Assembly: GCA_040954595.2 (NCBI GenBank)
Contig: CM082583.2
Location: 12,686,987 to 12,750,986 of the forward strand
Reading direction: 5' to 3'
Source: Balanoglossus misakiensis
Lineage: Eukaryota > Animalia > Hemichordata
Length of the DNA stretch: 64,000 bases
The stretch's first letter is position 1. The number at the start of each line of letters is the position of its first letter. Below the pieces are notes generated by a model. The model was not told where the DNA came from and ran no database searches. It saw nothing but the letters and a program-made list of their open reading frames with translations. This document shows positions 14,101 through 26,400 of this stretch, piece by piece. The position numbers were made by a program, and so were the translations under genes.

Positions 14101-15654
14101 GTAAACAGTTCTCAAATTAACACAAATTCACAGTCTTACTAAAGAGGAAATACATTACATTCTGTGGACTTGGATAAAGGAAAAAACAAACATTCCCCAT
14201 GGAGATTGTGTCACTTACTTGTTAAATACATGTACTGCTTGAAATCCCCATAGCATCCATCGGTCTTCACTCGGACATGGAACATAAAAGCGTTTGCCTC
14301 ATGTAGTCAGAGTTGCATGGCTGTAATATTCATCTTACACAGAGACACATAGTACATAAGTCGCATTGTTAGTGTAATGTACTTGGTATCTACAACAGCG
14401 CCCCCCTTGAAAGTGCCCTTCAAACATGCAAGTTAGAGAGTTTGCTTCAAGATAGTGTCAGTATCAATCATGCGATCGAAAAACATTAATATGCTCTGTA
14501 TTTCAGACATTGTTGTTTTCTTGGCATAATAAAAAGGATCCCACAGACTTCCCAGAATTTGTAGTTGTGATGAATCAAGTCATGAGATCCATTTCTCCTT
14601 TTACCCATTTACAAAGCAAAATAAGATCACAGAATTTGGGAAAAAAATTCTACTCAAATCTAGAATTCGAGACGCTCAACACTATAGTAACATTAAACCA
14701 AGACTTTACAGTGTGAATATACAAATCACTTCAATGCAAAGGAAATCACAACGGCTGCAAATTACAATGTACATATGTACAAAAATCATGATAAATACAA
14801 GAAACATTTCAAACTAAATCAAATATTAAAATGAGAATGTACAAGATGCTTCAACATTGTTCGCTATTTTGAGGGTATTTTTTTTCTTCTTCATAGAGGA
14901 CAATACCTGAATCACGAAATGACAAATTGTGAAAGACATTAAAAGTAGAATGGTTTCTAAGATGAGCCAAGTGTCTTATGTGTCACTTATTATATGTCTA
15001 ATTGATGAAAACGTTCTCCCTGTATGAAAAAAAACAATGTTACTCTTATAAATTATATTAAAACCTAATATTAAATAAATAAATAAACAATAATAATAAA
15101 CTTTAAAATAAATAGAATGCACTGGGGTGCTTACTATGTACAGAAGCTGTTTTCTGGCAGATATGTAAACTAATTTACATATACCAAGTTCATTTAAAAA
15201 AATTAAAACAATAAATGGCAGTGTTTTGTTTTGATTTTACTGAGATGACAGTACTACATTGCAAACCAAATTTTCTATAAACTACGACACAAATTTGAGT
15301 GCGTTTTTTGAAACATCCAGAGAACAAAACAACTGATTTTAAAAGACTCAATTAATGTGTGCGCAGATAAAAAAAAAAATTAGTGCATGTCGTACTGTCA
15401 TAATCTATCTATCCATGTGTATTCAACACATACACGTTGTATACACTCATAAACTTTCTCCTCGACTAGCTAACATCTCATTGTGTGCTGGCCAGTTTAC
15501 AAGCCCTGTGACATATATAACCAAATATGTCTACCGATAAAAATATTGCATATCAGCGAAAAATTCTCTGTAATTATTTATTTATATTTTTCCTAGCAGT
15601 CTTCTCTGGAAGTTGATGGGTGAGACCATTCACTCTGAACTCCGCAGGGGTGTT

Positions 15655-15833
15655 TCAGGCCCACACTCGGAGGGTGTAATCCCAGCTACCTGTACACAGC
15701 GCTGTTCCATCGGGTGATACAGAGAGACAACTGACTCGGTTTTCGTGTCCGTAGAGAATGGCAAGTCTGATCCCTTTGAGAGTGTCCCAGATGTTCACTG
15801 TGTAGTCGTTGTAACCGACAAATAGAAGACGAC
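15655..15833 (-). CDS. GNB5: GNB5 exon 8 (terminal, TGA)
   Basis: [58 protein letters not shown]. Confidence 0.95.
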
Positions 15834-18800
15834 CTGAAAGTAAGAAAAGATCGACGGTCTTTTAATAGAATTTTTCTTACTACACAATATAGATTGCAGG
15901 CAGCTTTTATTTTCAAGAGAGACTGAAGTCTTAAAACTCAATAACTTACCACTGAGGGAGAAATCCAGGCAAGTGGCTCCAAACAAGATGCTTTCTTTGG
16001 TATAACAATTGACTTCTCTATCAGCTCTCAGATCGTACAGTCGACACTGTCAGAGTAAAAAAAAGGGGGGGGGGGGTTGTAAACAGTCAACAGAATACCT
16101 ATAACATAGCATCATTTGACGTTGTCATGAGAGGTGATGTAAGATAAGTGGGGGTGATAAACAAAGAATAGAATATCCATACCGTTGCATCATCTGATGC
16201 TGTAGCGAAGGCGTCTCCACTCGGAAAGAATCGGACTGCGTTGATGTCTGACTCGTGGCCATCAAACGACTGTACACACTGACCTGTTCTCATGTCCCAC
16301 ACTAAGGCTTGTTTATCACAACCCTGTAACAATCATAGAATTGCTCATCAATATTTGTCAACAAAAATATATTTGTCAGAAAAAAAGCTCCTGTGAAAGC
16401 TTTGACCAATACAGCATCATTTATCATCAGTGAATTAAATATGTTAGTCACTGCCACAGACTTGTCTTCCCAGACTTACCCCCGACACAAATGTATTTCC
16501 CGATTCTGAAGGTGAAAGGTCAAGACTCATGACATCAGCGTTGTGACCATGGAAACTCTGCAACAGCTGACCACTTTCAACATCCCACAATGCACATGTG
16601 CTGTCCCCACTTCCTGTTAGTATCTGCAAAACACATAGAATGATAAAAGAGAGCATTTGAAGAACTGAACTTCTGGATGCTTGTCTAAAAATAATCGAAA
16701 GTTACTCTAAATCATGCAGCCATAAACTTAAAATCTCAGACAAGAGTGCATCTAAGAAAAATATCATAAACTTAAAGTGCACTTTATGAGAAAACCGATA
16801 ATGATGATGAGTGGTGTCTAACTCCAAAATGCACTTATCAAAATACAAAACAGCACTTAGACAAAATATCAATTTTCGGGATTGACAGATTATGAAGCCT
16901 AGGGCAAGTGACATCATGAGGAAATCTATATAAGGCACACATAGTAGACACTTTAATTGGTCTTTTTCAAGATCCACATTTAATGGCTTATAATATAAGA
17001 TACACCAAGCACATCAATTTTCTGTGACGTTACCAACTATCTTGAGAGGTAAATTAGTGTTTTCTCCTTATCAGTAAAACCTTATTGGCAGCATCAATTT
17101 TCCACAAGGCCATATAGCTAGGTTATCTACCAAGATATCAGGATAGCATTCAATAGTTTAACAGCTTCCTTGGGGACTGCAAGGATTCTTGACTTACCTG
17201 TTGATCTGAACTTGTGAATGAACAACACGACATGTAACTAGTGTGCATTGCAACTGTGCGTTTCTTGCTGGCCACATCCACATCCAGACTGAGTTGGTAC
17301 ACAGAACATTTATTGTCTAGTCCCCTGTAGGTCAAGATGAACCACATTTATTTTAAAATAAAAATTGTTATTCTTCCATCTAAAATCTCATCTTGGATGT
17401 CATGTTTGTGCAATAGAAAGTGACATGCTGAACGAGAGACTGTGAAAGTATCTGATGTGCATGGACCAGGTGAATTAGATTCCCATGAAAACACTACTGG
17501 TATGTTTTTGAAATACGCAGCCCATCAAAATTGACATGGACTTACCCACAAGCCACCATTGTACCCGATGGTGCATATGAGCATGCCATCACCCATGTGG
17601 TTGGCATGGTAACAGCATGTTCCTAGTGACAGAAAAATGAAGGCCGTGGAAGTTCTTGTGATGTGCATACGCCTCATTGTTGATTTATCTTTTGTATGGG
17701 GGAGGGTCAGCATGACTTTCACTTGTAGTGAATAAATTGCAAAATCTGCATGTTTTTAAACGCTTCAGAATGTATGGATTTTGTTAATGCGGAAAGTTGG
17801 GAAGTTGAAATGTCACATGCTGACCTCACTACCTGTATTACTGAATAAACTTGCTGTCGCATCATGTTTTCATCTTCTATAAATTTGAGGCTATTTGGTC
17901 TATTTTCCAGAGAGAACGCTGAAGCAATTCTGTTCCCCCCAAATACTCTCCAAACAGACCTTACCTTATTAGTGGTGAATGCATCCCAAACAATCATTTT
18001 GCCGTCTTGCGATGAGCTGACCACATGTCTTTTGTCTTGTGACCAGTCCATTGCAAGAACTTTACCCTGATGTCCTTTGAGCACTCTCCTTGGTTTCATA
18101 TTAAACTGAGGTAACATTTCTAGTCTCTGTGACACCAATCTCACTGGAGGAAAGAAATATCAGACATTGATTCTCACACTCTACTGTATTCTACGACCAA
18201 TCATCATCATCATCATCATCAGCATCATCATCACTTGGCAAATGCATAATTTTGCATTCACTTTGCCCTTTTGCATCTATTATAAGATTGGGTAGAAATG
18301 ACAGAACTATATTCTTTTAATAACCCATCTTTTCATATCATGGCAAAAATAGAGTTCATGTTTATAGCCGGTAACGCGCATCAGACCCGGCCGGCAGTAA
18401 CTGCAGTCCCGGGCTGCAGTGCAGTGTTCTGTGCACGGCGAATCACGCACGGAATTATGGGTATGGCTGTAGATAGATGATGCAGCTCCTAAATTTCAAA
18501 ACAAACACCGAGTGCCCACTCTATTATACGGCGTCGTTAACAACAAATAAATTTAATTGCCACGATGCTGTCTTTGTTTTCCATACAATGACTGTAAGCC
18601 CTCATCTCAGCTTAAAACATGAATGACATAAATACCCATCCCGCGAAAGCGTACATTGAAACCAACATTTTCACTGACTGTGCAGTGCCTCATTCGTATC
18701 GAACGATGCAGCAGTGTAGTGTATTTTCGAAAGTATCACGGCTCAAATCCTCACTGAAGTTTTGCAAAATATGTACTTACATTCAACATCATTCAATTTG

Positions 18801-18895
18801 TGCCTTTCTTCTTCTAATTTTGACTTCAAACACTCTAACTCTCGGCTCAATGTCGATATCGATTCTTCCTTCATCGAAGCGTCTGTGGTCGCCAT
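15655..18895 (-). CDS. GNB5: Guanine nucleotide-binding protein subunit beta-5, complete. join(18895-18781,18143-17965,17622-17546,17324-17198,16623-16480,16323-16183,16046-15950,15833-15655), 352 aa
   Basis: Eight GT-AG exons with matching phases total 1059 nt. The protein runs [39 protein letters not shown]...[28 protein letters not shown]...[14 protein letters not shown]...[11 protein letters not shown], i.e. an N-terminal coiled coil plus WD40 repeats with G-beta-5-type motifs. Confidence 0.96.
15950..16046 (-). CDS. GNB5: GNB5 exon 7
   Basis: [32 protein letters not shown], phase 0 to 1. Confidence 0.94.
16183..16323 (-). CDS. GNB5: GNB5 exon 6
   Basis: [47 protein letters not shown]. 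Confidence 0.95.
16480..16623 (-). CDS. GNB5: GNB5 exon 5
   Basis: [27 protein letters not shown]...GNTFVSG; TTTGCAG acceptor, GTAAGT donor. Confidence 0.95.
17198..17324 (-). CDS. GNB5: GNB5 exon 4
   Basis: [42 protein letters not shown], phase 2 to 0. Confidence 0.95.
17546..17622 (-). CDS. GNB5: GNB5 exon 3
   Basis: [26 protein letters not shown] between AG and GTAAG, phase 0 to 2. Confidence 0.94.
17965..18143 (-). CDS. GNB5: GNB5 exon 2
   Basis: Acceptor TTTCCTCCAG; [27 protein letters not shown]...WDAFTTNK; donor GTAAG. Confidence 0.95.
18201..18233. repeat. (CAT)n microsatellite in GNB5 intron 1
   Basis: tcatcatcatcatcatcatcagcatcatcatca. Confidence 0.85.
18781..18895 (-). CDS. GNB5: GNB5 coding exon 1 (coiled coil; not in the ORF track)
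   Basis: CAAGATGGCG start context; [38 protein letters not shown]; donor T|GTAAGT, phase 1. Confidence 0.93.
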
Positions 18896-19024
18896 CTTGG
18901 ATATCCACTTATGATGACGTCACGGATTGATAGAGTTCATATATGCTATGTGGGCCGGCTCACTTTCCACTACAGCATCACACAATAGTAATGGGGGGTG
19001 GGGGGGGGGAGGTGGGGGGGGTGG
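18890..19024 (-). promoter_or_regulatory. GNB5 proximal promoter: YY1-like motif over the ATG, perfect CRE, G-run tract
   Basis: CGCCATCTTG at 18890-18899; TGACGTCA at 18915-18922; G-runs at 18993-19024. Confidence 0.5.
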
Positions 19025-22000
19025 CTAGAGGCGATGGTGGTCTCCCCCTCTATTAACTTTGATCACACATTTTTTCACAATGTCGATTTTTCACAGAATC
19101 AACCGCAACTATTTCAATGTCACGCAATTTCCAATAATTCTTTGAAACTGTTTGAAGTATGGAATAAAGCAGACACACTCTGTGGGAAAAGTACAATGTA
19201 GAGCGACTGTGGTGAATTAAACCAATTAGGGGAATAACAGTCTTCTCCACCGCAGGTTGTTCTTTGCAGTGTGAAGCCCTCAACGACAGCATGAGATGAT
19301 GTCCAACTAGACGTTTCCCATGCACACATGCATGCACACACAGTGACAAACACACCACACACCATAAAAATATTGTTTCATCGAATCATCAGCTTTATGC
19401 TTTATCTGAACATGGCAGTCATTCCAACCATTTCAATGTGAAAAATAAATCAAGGGTCATATAGTTGTATATTCAAATTATTTTATTAGAATCAGAAAAG
19501 TAACCAACATGCAAGACCATACCTGAGGTGTTTGTCAGTTTCAACACCTAAATCCCTACAATTCATTTCACAAAGCAAACACACTTACTGGTCCTGCTCC
19601 TGTCCCCAATTCTACCATCGTTTTTTTTATGTCAATAAAGCACAACAACAGCGGTAGATTTGGGGCAGCGAACCAGACTAACTGTGTTGTGTCCATCTAT
19701 TCTATCTGCAAGTATTTATAATAAGTAAACACATATGATGATGATCTTCGAGTGAAAAAATTCACCATGATGTAAAGGTAAATAAATCTACATTACAATT
19801 TATGGATAGATAAAAATGTAGTATACACCTGTGTTATAATCCACAAACTTTGTGGAGCGACTATGCTCCAGGTGGATGGACAATTAGTATAAACTTATGG
19901 GTGCAGAACAATTGAAAATGCAATAATTTACAAAGTATTTGTATAAATATCTATAAGAATGACATCAAAATGATGCAATCAAAGAGAAAGGAAGGAAGGA
20001 AACAAACAGATAAGATTATGAAAAAATACACATCAGATAGTCAACAGACACCTAAGGAGCTTCTCCAGACTTGTCAAATCTACTATTGGTAGTATAGACA
20101 CAAGAAATGTAAATTTAAAAAAAATCTGCATAGAGACGTATCCCTAAATTACAGTAGAGAAATGTTTGAACCTATCAAAAACCAAAATTTGTGACTACAC
20201 TCTTGCTAATACTGCACATCCACAAGAAACGCATGCAAAGAAATACCAAAATGTAAAATAACATGTCTCATTATGCAAATACAGATTCAATATTGCACAT
20301 AAAATTATTCTAGTATAAATTGTAAATCCTTGTAACACACACATTTGCATTTCTTTGGCATAAGTTTTTTTTTTCATGCAAAGCTTATGGCACTTGAAAA
20401 GAAAATTAAAATAAACGTCTTCTGACATAAGCCGGATGCAAAAAAATTGCAAAATGTAATTTTCTCTAGTCTTCACAAAGTGTAAATAAAGAGAGTCATT
20501 GCCAAAAAATGAAAATCTTACAAACTGATTGACCTGATCATATTTTAAAAACAAATTTGGTCCAAGCAGATTGAATACTTGTTAAGTTTAAGATAGGCTT
20601 GGTTGATGAAATCTTAATATCAGTTGTCATGGAGATACAATGAGTAAAATCACTGGCTTTAGTGGTACAACTGGTCGAGTACGGTAGAAAAATAATATAG
20701 GACCTGACAGCAAATATGGCTACTGGTTGGAAATATTATACAACAGTAATTAAAAACATACTATGACTTAAAAACATACTATGAAGATTATGGGTCAAAA
20801 CTGTGCACATTATTGTTGACACATGCAACTAAATTATTCAAAGGTGTGCCCAACAGGGACGCCATCCTTTGCATGATGTCACTGATGTTATATTTTTCTG
20901 GACAGCAGATTTAACAGGAATTATATGACACATGATTCATTGTATTACTATACGCTGAATTCCCAAACCACAAAAGGAATCTGTTTACAATAACAACTGT
21001 TTAAAACACATAAAATTACAACCAGATGATGGGTAATGTGTTGTTATAAAAACTGGTGCCAAAAATATTAAAGTGGTAATTTGATGTACGAAAAAGAGTA
21101 CAATGAGTTTTATTGAAAAGAATGCCCGTTTAATCCTAATAATCATCATTGAACACATCAATGATTGACGGCAACAGACAGCCCTGTTGATATCTATGAA
21201 GACAAAATCACAACACTGGAGGTGAAAAATGTATGTAACAAGAATGCTAAATATGCTGGGTTTCATCAAATTCCATTTTACTGAAAGGCTTTTATTGTTC
21301 CACTCAGGCCTGAGATTTGAACACAAGGACATGGTCAGTAACCGTGACAACCATGAAGAATGCAGAATTTTCCACACTGACACAATGAATGCATGGTGCA
21401 AGAGGTATAACCAACTATAAATAAATTTTCCTCCCACTTTCTCGAACTTTCTGCACTTTCTGTTGCGATTTGCATCTGTCAATTAACAGAAAAAAAAATG
21501 AACTCTTGAAACAGCCAAAGGAGGAAGTTATATTTTCAATCTTTATAAGCTATCCACCTTTTCAATATGTCAGTTTATTGCATAAAAGTGCATGAATGTC
21601 TTGTATGGTCACAGGCTTTTCCGGATTCAATTTGAAAGACCTTGGAGTGGAAAATGCATGGAGAAATTCTGGATGAATGTGAATGAATGTACATGTATAC
21701 ACACAGGGTGTTAATTCTTATGAAGTTTTGGTAAATTCTGATATCAGTACAAGAATAGGCAGGTGACATATATAATGCTCAGTGCACCAGAACTAAAAGG
21801 AGATTCAACTGAAAAGCAATAATGCATGTTCCACACATGAACTCAGCAAGTTGGAATGACAAATATTGAGTATTTCTGCATACTCCAGCAAGTATAAGAA
21901 GGAACTATACACAGAAGAAGAAAAATCCCCATTGAAACTATTATTAACGACAACTTGTGCTTGGGCATGCCTTTCTTCGCACACACCATTTTCCTAAATA

Positions 22001-22643
22001 TACATGATGTAGTCTTAATATTCCCTGCACAGCCGTTGATTTCCCGTATTAGTCGAGAGATTGGGATGTCATTTGTGACTAATGCATGTCATCTGCAAAT
22101 AACACTATCAGTCTACCGGGGGTACAGTCAAAGCCCACTCAGATAAAATGGAATTTTAATGCCAGCATTACCATAAAACATGACTACACAAAATTGTCAA
22201 CCGATCAGTGTTGCACAGACACAAATAATTGAGGTTGGGAAAAATACAAACCATTTTCAACAAGCTTTGAGTGATCCATTTGTTACATGCGGAAAGCTAC
22301 GGTCTGAAAGGAAACATATTTTTCAAATGTTTGAATGTTTTCCCTGTCTATTGCAGGTCACAGTTCATTTAAATCACAGCTTGAGGAACATTGCATGTTT
22401 ATATAAATATTCAGAATGTTTCAAATACACTTAAAAATGAATGAAAACTTTATTTAAAATGTATAAGTTAACCTGTTGAGAGGAACATGATGAAAAACTT
22501 GGTTGATCTTCATCCACGGGTGATTGAAGATGAAAGTTGATATGAAGATACATGATTTAATTGATACAAAAAATATTGCAGAGATTATCCTGTGTTATCC
22601 ATGAGTCAGACTGTCAAGCAGTCATTGTTTGTATTTTTTTAAA

Positions 22644-23454
22644 TTACACGCCATCCATGGTTTCCACGGTAATGTCGCTGGCGGCAACCGGTAAGAGGTC
22701 GACGGGAACTGGAGGAGGCGAAGTTGGATAGATATGATGATTCTGATAAAGACATTCATGGCATGTGTGACACGGACAGTTTTCGATGAAACTGGTAGTT
22801 TTCACCCGCGCGCCCTTTTCACTTGCATTGCTAGAAGTCCTGTGGCTTTTCCTGCTCTCTTTCCTCCGCAGTGACGGTGAGTCTTCGATGAACGCTTCCC
22901 TCGGGTGTCTCTTGCGGCTGCTGTGCCGTTTGATCCTTGGGGAATCGTAGAGATGCTCTGCGTGGCAGCAGTGCTTGTGGGCGCGTGGTGATCCTTGTGG
23001 ACTGAATTCTGAACGGCCTGGTGCTTTCTGACTGCCGTGTCTCTGAATGATGGGTGACTCATCTCCCGCAACGCTGGAGTAGCGACTCTTGCGACTGACA
23101 CTGCTGTGGCGCGACGGGTTGGGCGAGACGTCATCATCAATGTTCAGATCGGGAGACGGGTGGATTTTGGCTGAGGGATGGGGTCTGTTTGGGTGACTCG
23201 TTTCATCGTAGACGTCGGCAGAAATATGCGCACACGTGCACGGTTCAACTAAGCTCTGCTGATCTCTGGTGGTCAGACCTCCGTTTTCTAGATCTGGGTT
23301 GATCTGCTGTGATTTTATTTTCACACTTCCTTGCCTGATTGAGCCTTCACGACGGACGCTGCCATGTCGGCTGGAACGGTGGCCATGCCTGCTGCCATGA
23401 CGACGACTGCTGTGTCTCCTCTGGTGTCTGTCTTTCTCAGCATCTTTGAGAAGT
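22644..23454 (-). CDS. Terminal exon: 270-aa cytoplasmic tail rich in Arg/His/Ser
   Basis: Acceptor TTTGTTGTTTTGCAG (phase 2); GC-rich open frame LLKDAEKDRHQRRHSSRRHGS...ETMDGV*. Confidence 0.88.
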
Positions 23455-26400
23455 CTGCAAAACAACAAACAAAGTTATCATATATAGATGCTTGACTTGA
23501 ATATACATAATATCTGGATGTGTCTTATCATATGCTTGTTCCTATTTTTCACAAAAGGCTTTGTTTTAATGAAAAAAAGTGAATATGTTTTCTTACTGTT
23601 TTCTGACCAGGAAATACCAGGCCACAATGGCCAGAAGGACAACTATCAAACTGATAGCTGAAGCACTGGCAGCAACAGGAATTGCTCTGGTCTGACTTCC
23701 ACCACCATGATTCACTCTGTCAGCTTTATCTACAAAAAAAAGAAGAACAATATTTTCAAATTTTTTGTGTTATTAATTTATCATGACTTTTGGAATTCTT
23801 GTCACCTGTATTGCAGTACTGCTTTTAATAAAGAGAATCAAATGAATGAGCTACCTTATCAAATAAGTATGGCATCTTTAGTATGTATTAAAATTTCATT
23901 CATGTCCCCTTGATTCATCACCTGCATCTTAATCATTCTAATGAACCTTCATCAAGCATTTCATTTCCCCAATCTGGCACTGATTAGGACCACATGTGAC
24001 CTGTATTGACATCTTTCGCATCTGATGGATGCAAAAAGTCATTTGGTGACCCGAACCATGACCCTGTTCAAATTTCCATGTCAATGATGATGTCCTCTGC
24101 TGAATTAACAAATGACGAAAACGTTGGAGATTGATGGTAGAATACAAATCAGTGAAAGCATGTCTGCAACATGGCTCCGAAAATGTTTCATGCAAATTAT
24201 CATGAAATTTATTTTCAAACTGTACTAAACCGTAAGTGTGAGTGCACATTCAAGTTTTAACCAGGTAAATATTAAAGATTTGCCACAAAGGAAAAAGCAA
24301 TATACAATGAAAATGTTGCCGTTTTTTTTCTCCGCTAATGTCAGATATTTTTTCAAGAACGACTTCCACCATTAAATTTCTATTCCGGTGTATAAAGAAT
24401 TGCAATATTCCATTATCAGTATTTCCACATGCAGCCCAGATCATTAACAGATTACAGTTCCCTTATCTTAGCCTGCCTATCAAACATGGATTAATCGCCA
24501 GTAATGGTTGTGTCTCGTGGTTTCCAAGAAAAGCAGGAATCATTTACATGCCTCAATAATCCAACATGGAAAAGGACTGACGCAGGAACTGAACTGATCT
24601 TCAAAACAATGTACTTCCAAGATATTTGATTCTGAATAATCCTTTTTCAATCTTATAAAAGAGACTTCAACGCATAAATATTTCATGTGCGATTATGAGA
24701 CTAGACATCTATAGATCATAGTTGCATCATTATCGTTACACCGTAATGTCTTCTCTGCATGTACCCTGTATTTTTCATTCACAGTCCTCTGGGACAACTT
24801 TCTAATTTCCTGAAAGTCTAATTTCTGGGAAGTACTGCACAGTTATGAATTCAGATTCTCAATGTGTGTGATGGGTTGGAATATCCTGAAGTTTGTAACA
24901 TGCATCGGTGAAAATGTCAAAGACAAGAAAACTTTGACCAAGGCATATATCTAACTGCATTTCATAGACCAATTAATCAAGATCTGCACCGTTTTGAAAC
25001 CTTTTAGGTGAAAAAAACGCCCAGGCAAACAAACTAATACCACTCATGATCTGATTCAAAAGCAACATAAAATGGAAAAGTCTTGTAACCTAATAGAACC
25101 ATTAAACCACACAGCAACAATTATTCCATTTTGGATACAGAAGTACAGAGAAAATAAATTTAGAAAATGGACCTCAAGTTCCTTCCAGCTTGTACTGAGA
25201 GTAATTTTATCGAAATCACGTATTTTTACCTCCAAGTTCCTCTGTTATAGGATATCCACTGACCATTTTTTGAACAATGCAGAGAATCCAATCGGAAGGG
25301 AAATTGATCTATTATGTGCCTGTAACTCTTTTTGTGGGCACGAGCAGATTGAACAATTTGTCAGTAATTTCTCTTTAGGAAACTTCTTAAGTTTCCAACA
25401 AATCACACTGCTGGTTGCCCAAGATTACTGAGATTTTCCTTTTAGTCTTTGAGGTTTTGCGCAGAACATTCTCCAGAACATCTATTGGCCTCCTCTATGC
25501 CAAACGTTCAGTGTTATTCCAACAATCATCAACAAAGGAAATTATATTTGATATTAATGCAATGCTATGGTAAACGTATGCTTGAATTTCATCAACGCCA
25601 TCGAATGTGTCACTTCCACCATGATCCCGAATGGCATACACATTTTCTCCGACACTGAATGGACTCAAACTGTCAATTTTGTTTGGTCTTGACGTCCCTA
25701 AAAACGACAGGAGATGAGAAGCGCACACAAAACAATCATTGCCAATTACCTGATAAATGTCAAAAGATTTGGACTTTGCAGCAGACAAGTGATGGCTCTG
25801 GGCAGGATGTAGCTCAGAATTGGATTAATGTGGAGGGTACATGTCGTGAGTGATTTAACTCTAATTTGATTTTTTTGGACAAACTCAGACCTGATGTTCT
25901 TATATACCTGGATAGCTTTGCTCAGACAGCAATCACAGTCTGCATCTTCTTTGTAGTACATTGACAGCTTGACATATACATCTACAACTGTTCATTTCCT
26001 ATTTGACTTTGCTTTTAGCATATGTCCACAGACCATGACAGAAATCTCACAATGCAACCACATTCATTACATTTTGCCATCGTTGCCAGTCTCAAGTAAA
26101 TTCTTCTGAATCGCAACGGGTAAATTCGCTGTATCAACTCATGACCGTTTGGCGGAACGTACGTGACATCTGAACATTTGACAGAAGTTGTGTTGATAGA
26201 CAAAAATAGCGTGTGGGCAGGGGACAGTGAATCGTAGATTTTGATCCTAATATCTCCTCCTTGAATGTGGAATTTGGGTAACTCAGAACTTTGGAGTCCT
26301 CGGAATTTTAGAGTTTCTATTGTAATTCCTCCACCCACCCCCTGGCCATAAATAATGGCAGCTCCCTAACATCCAGCATCTTGTCATGCCATGCACGTGC

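Noticed and set aside
19482-19487. Definite polyA signal for the receptor gene (3.1-kb 3' UTR)
   Set aside because: Several other AATAAA candidates lie between 21100 and 21600, so the true site cannot be chosen from sequence alone.
20750-20785. 18-bp tandem duplication TTAAAAACATACTATGA
   Set aside because: An ordinary slippage duplication in a putative UTR with no further structure.
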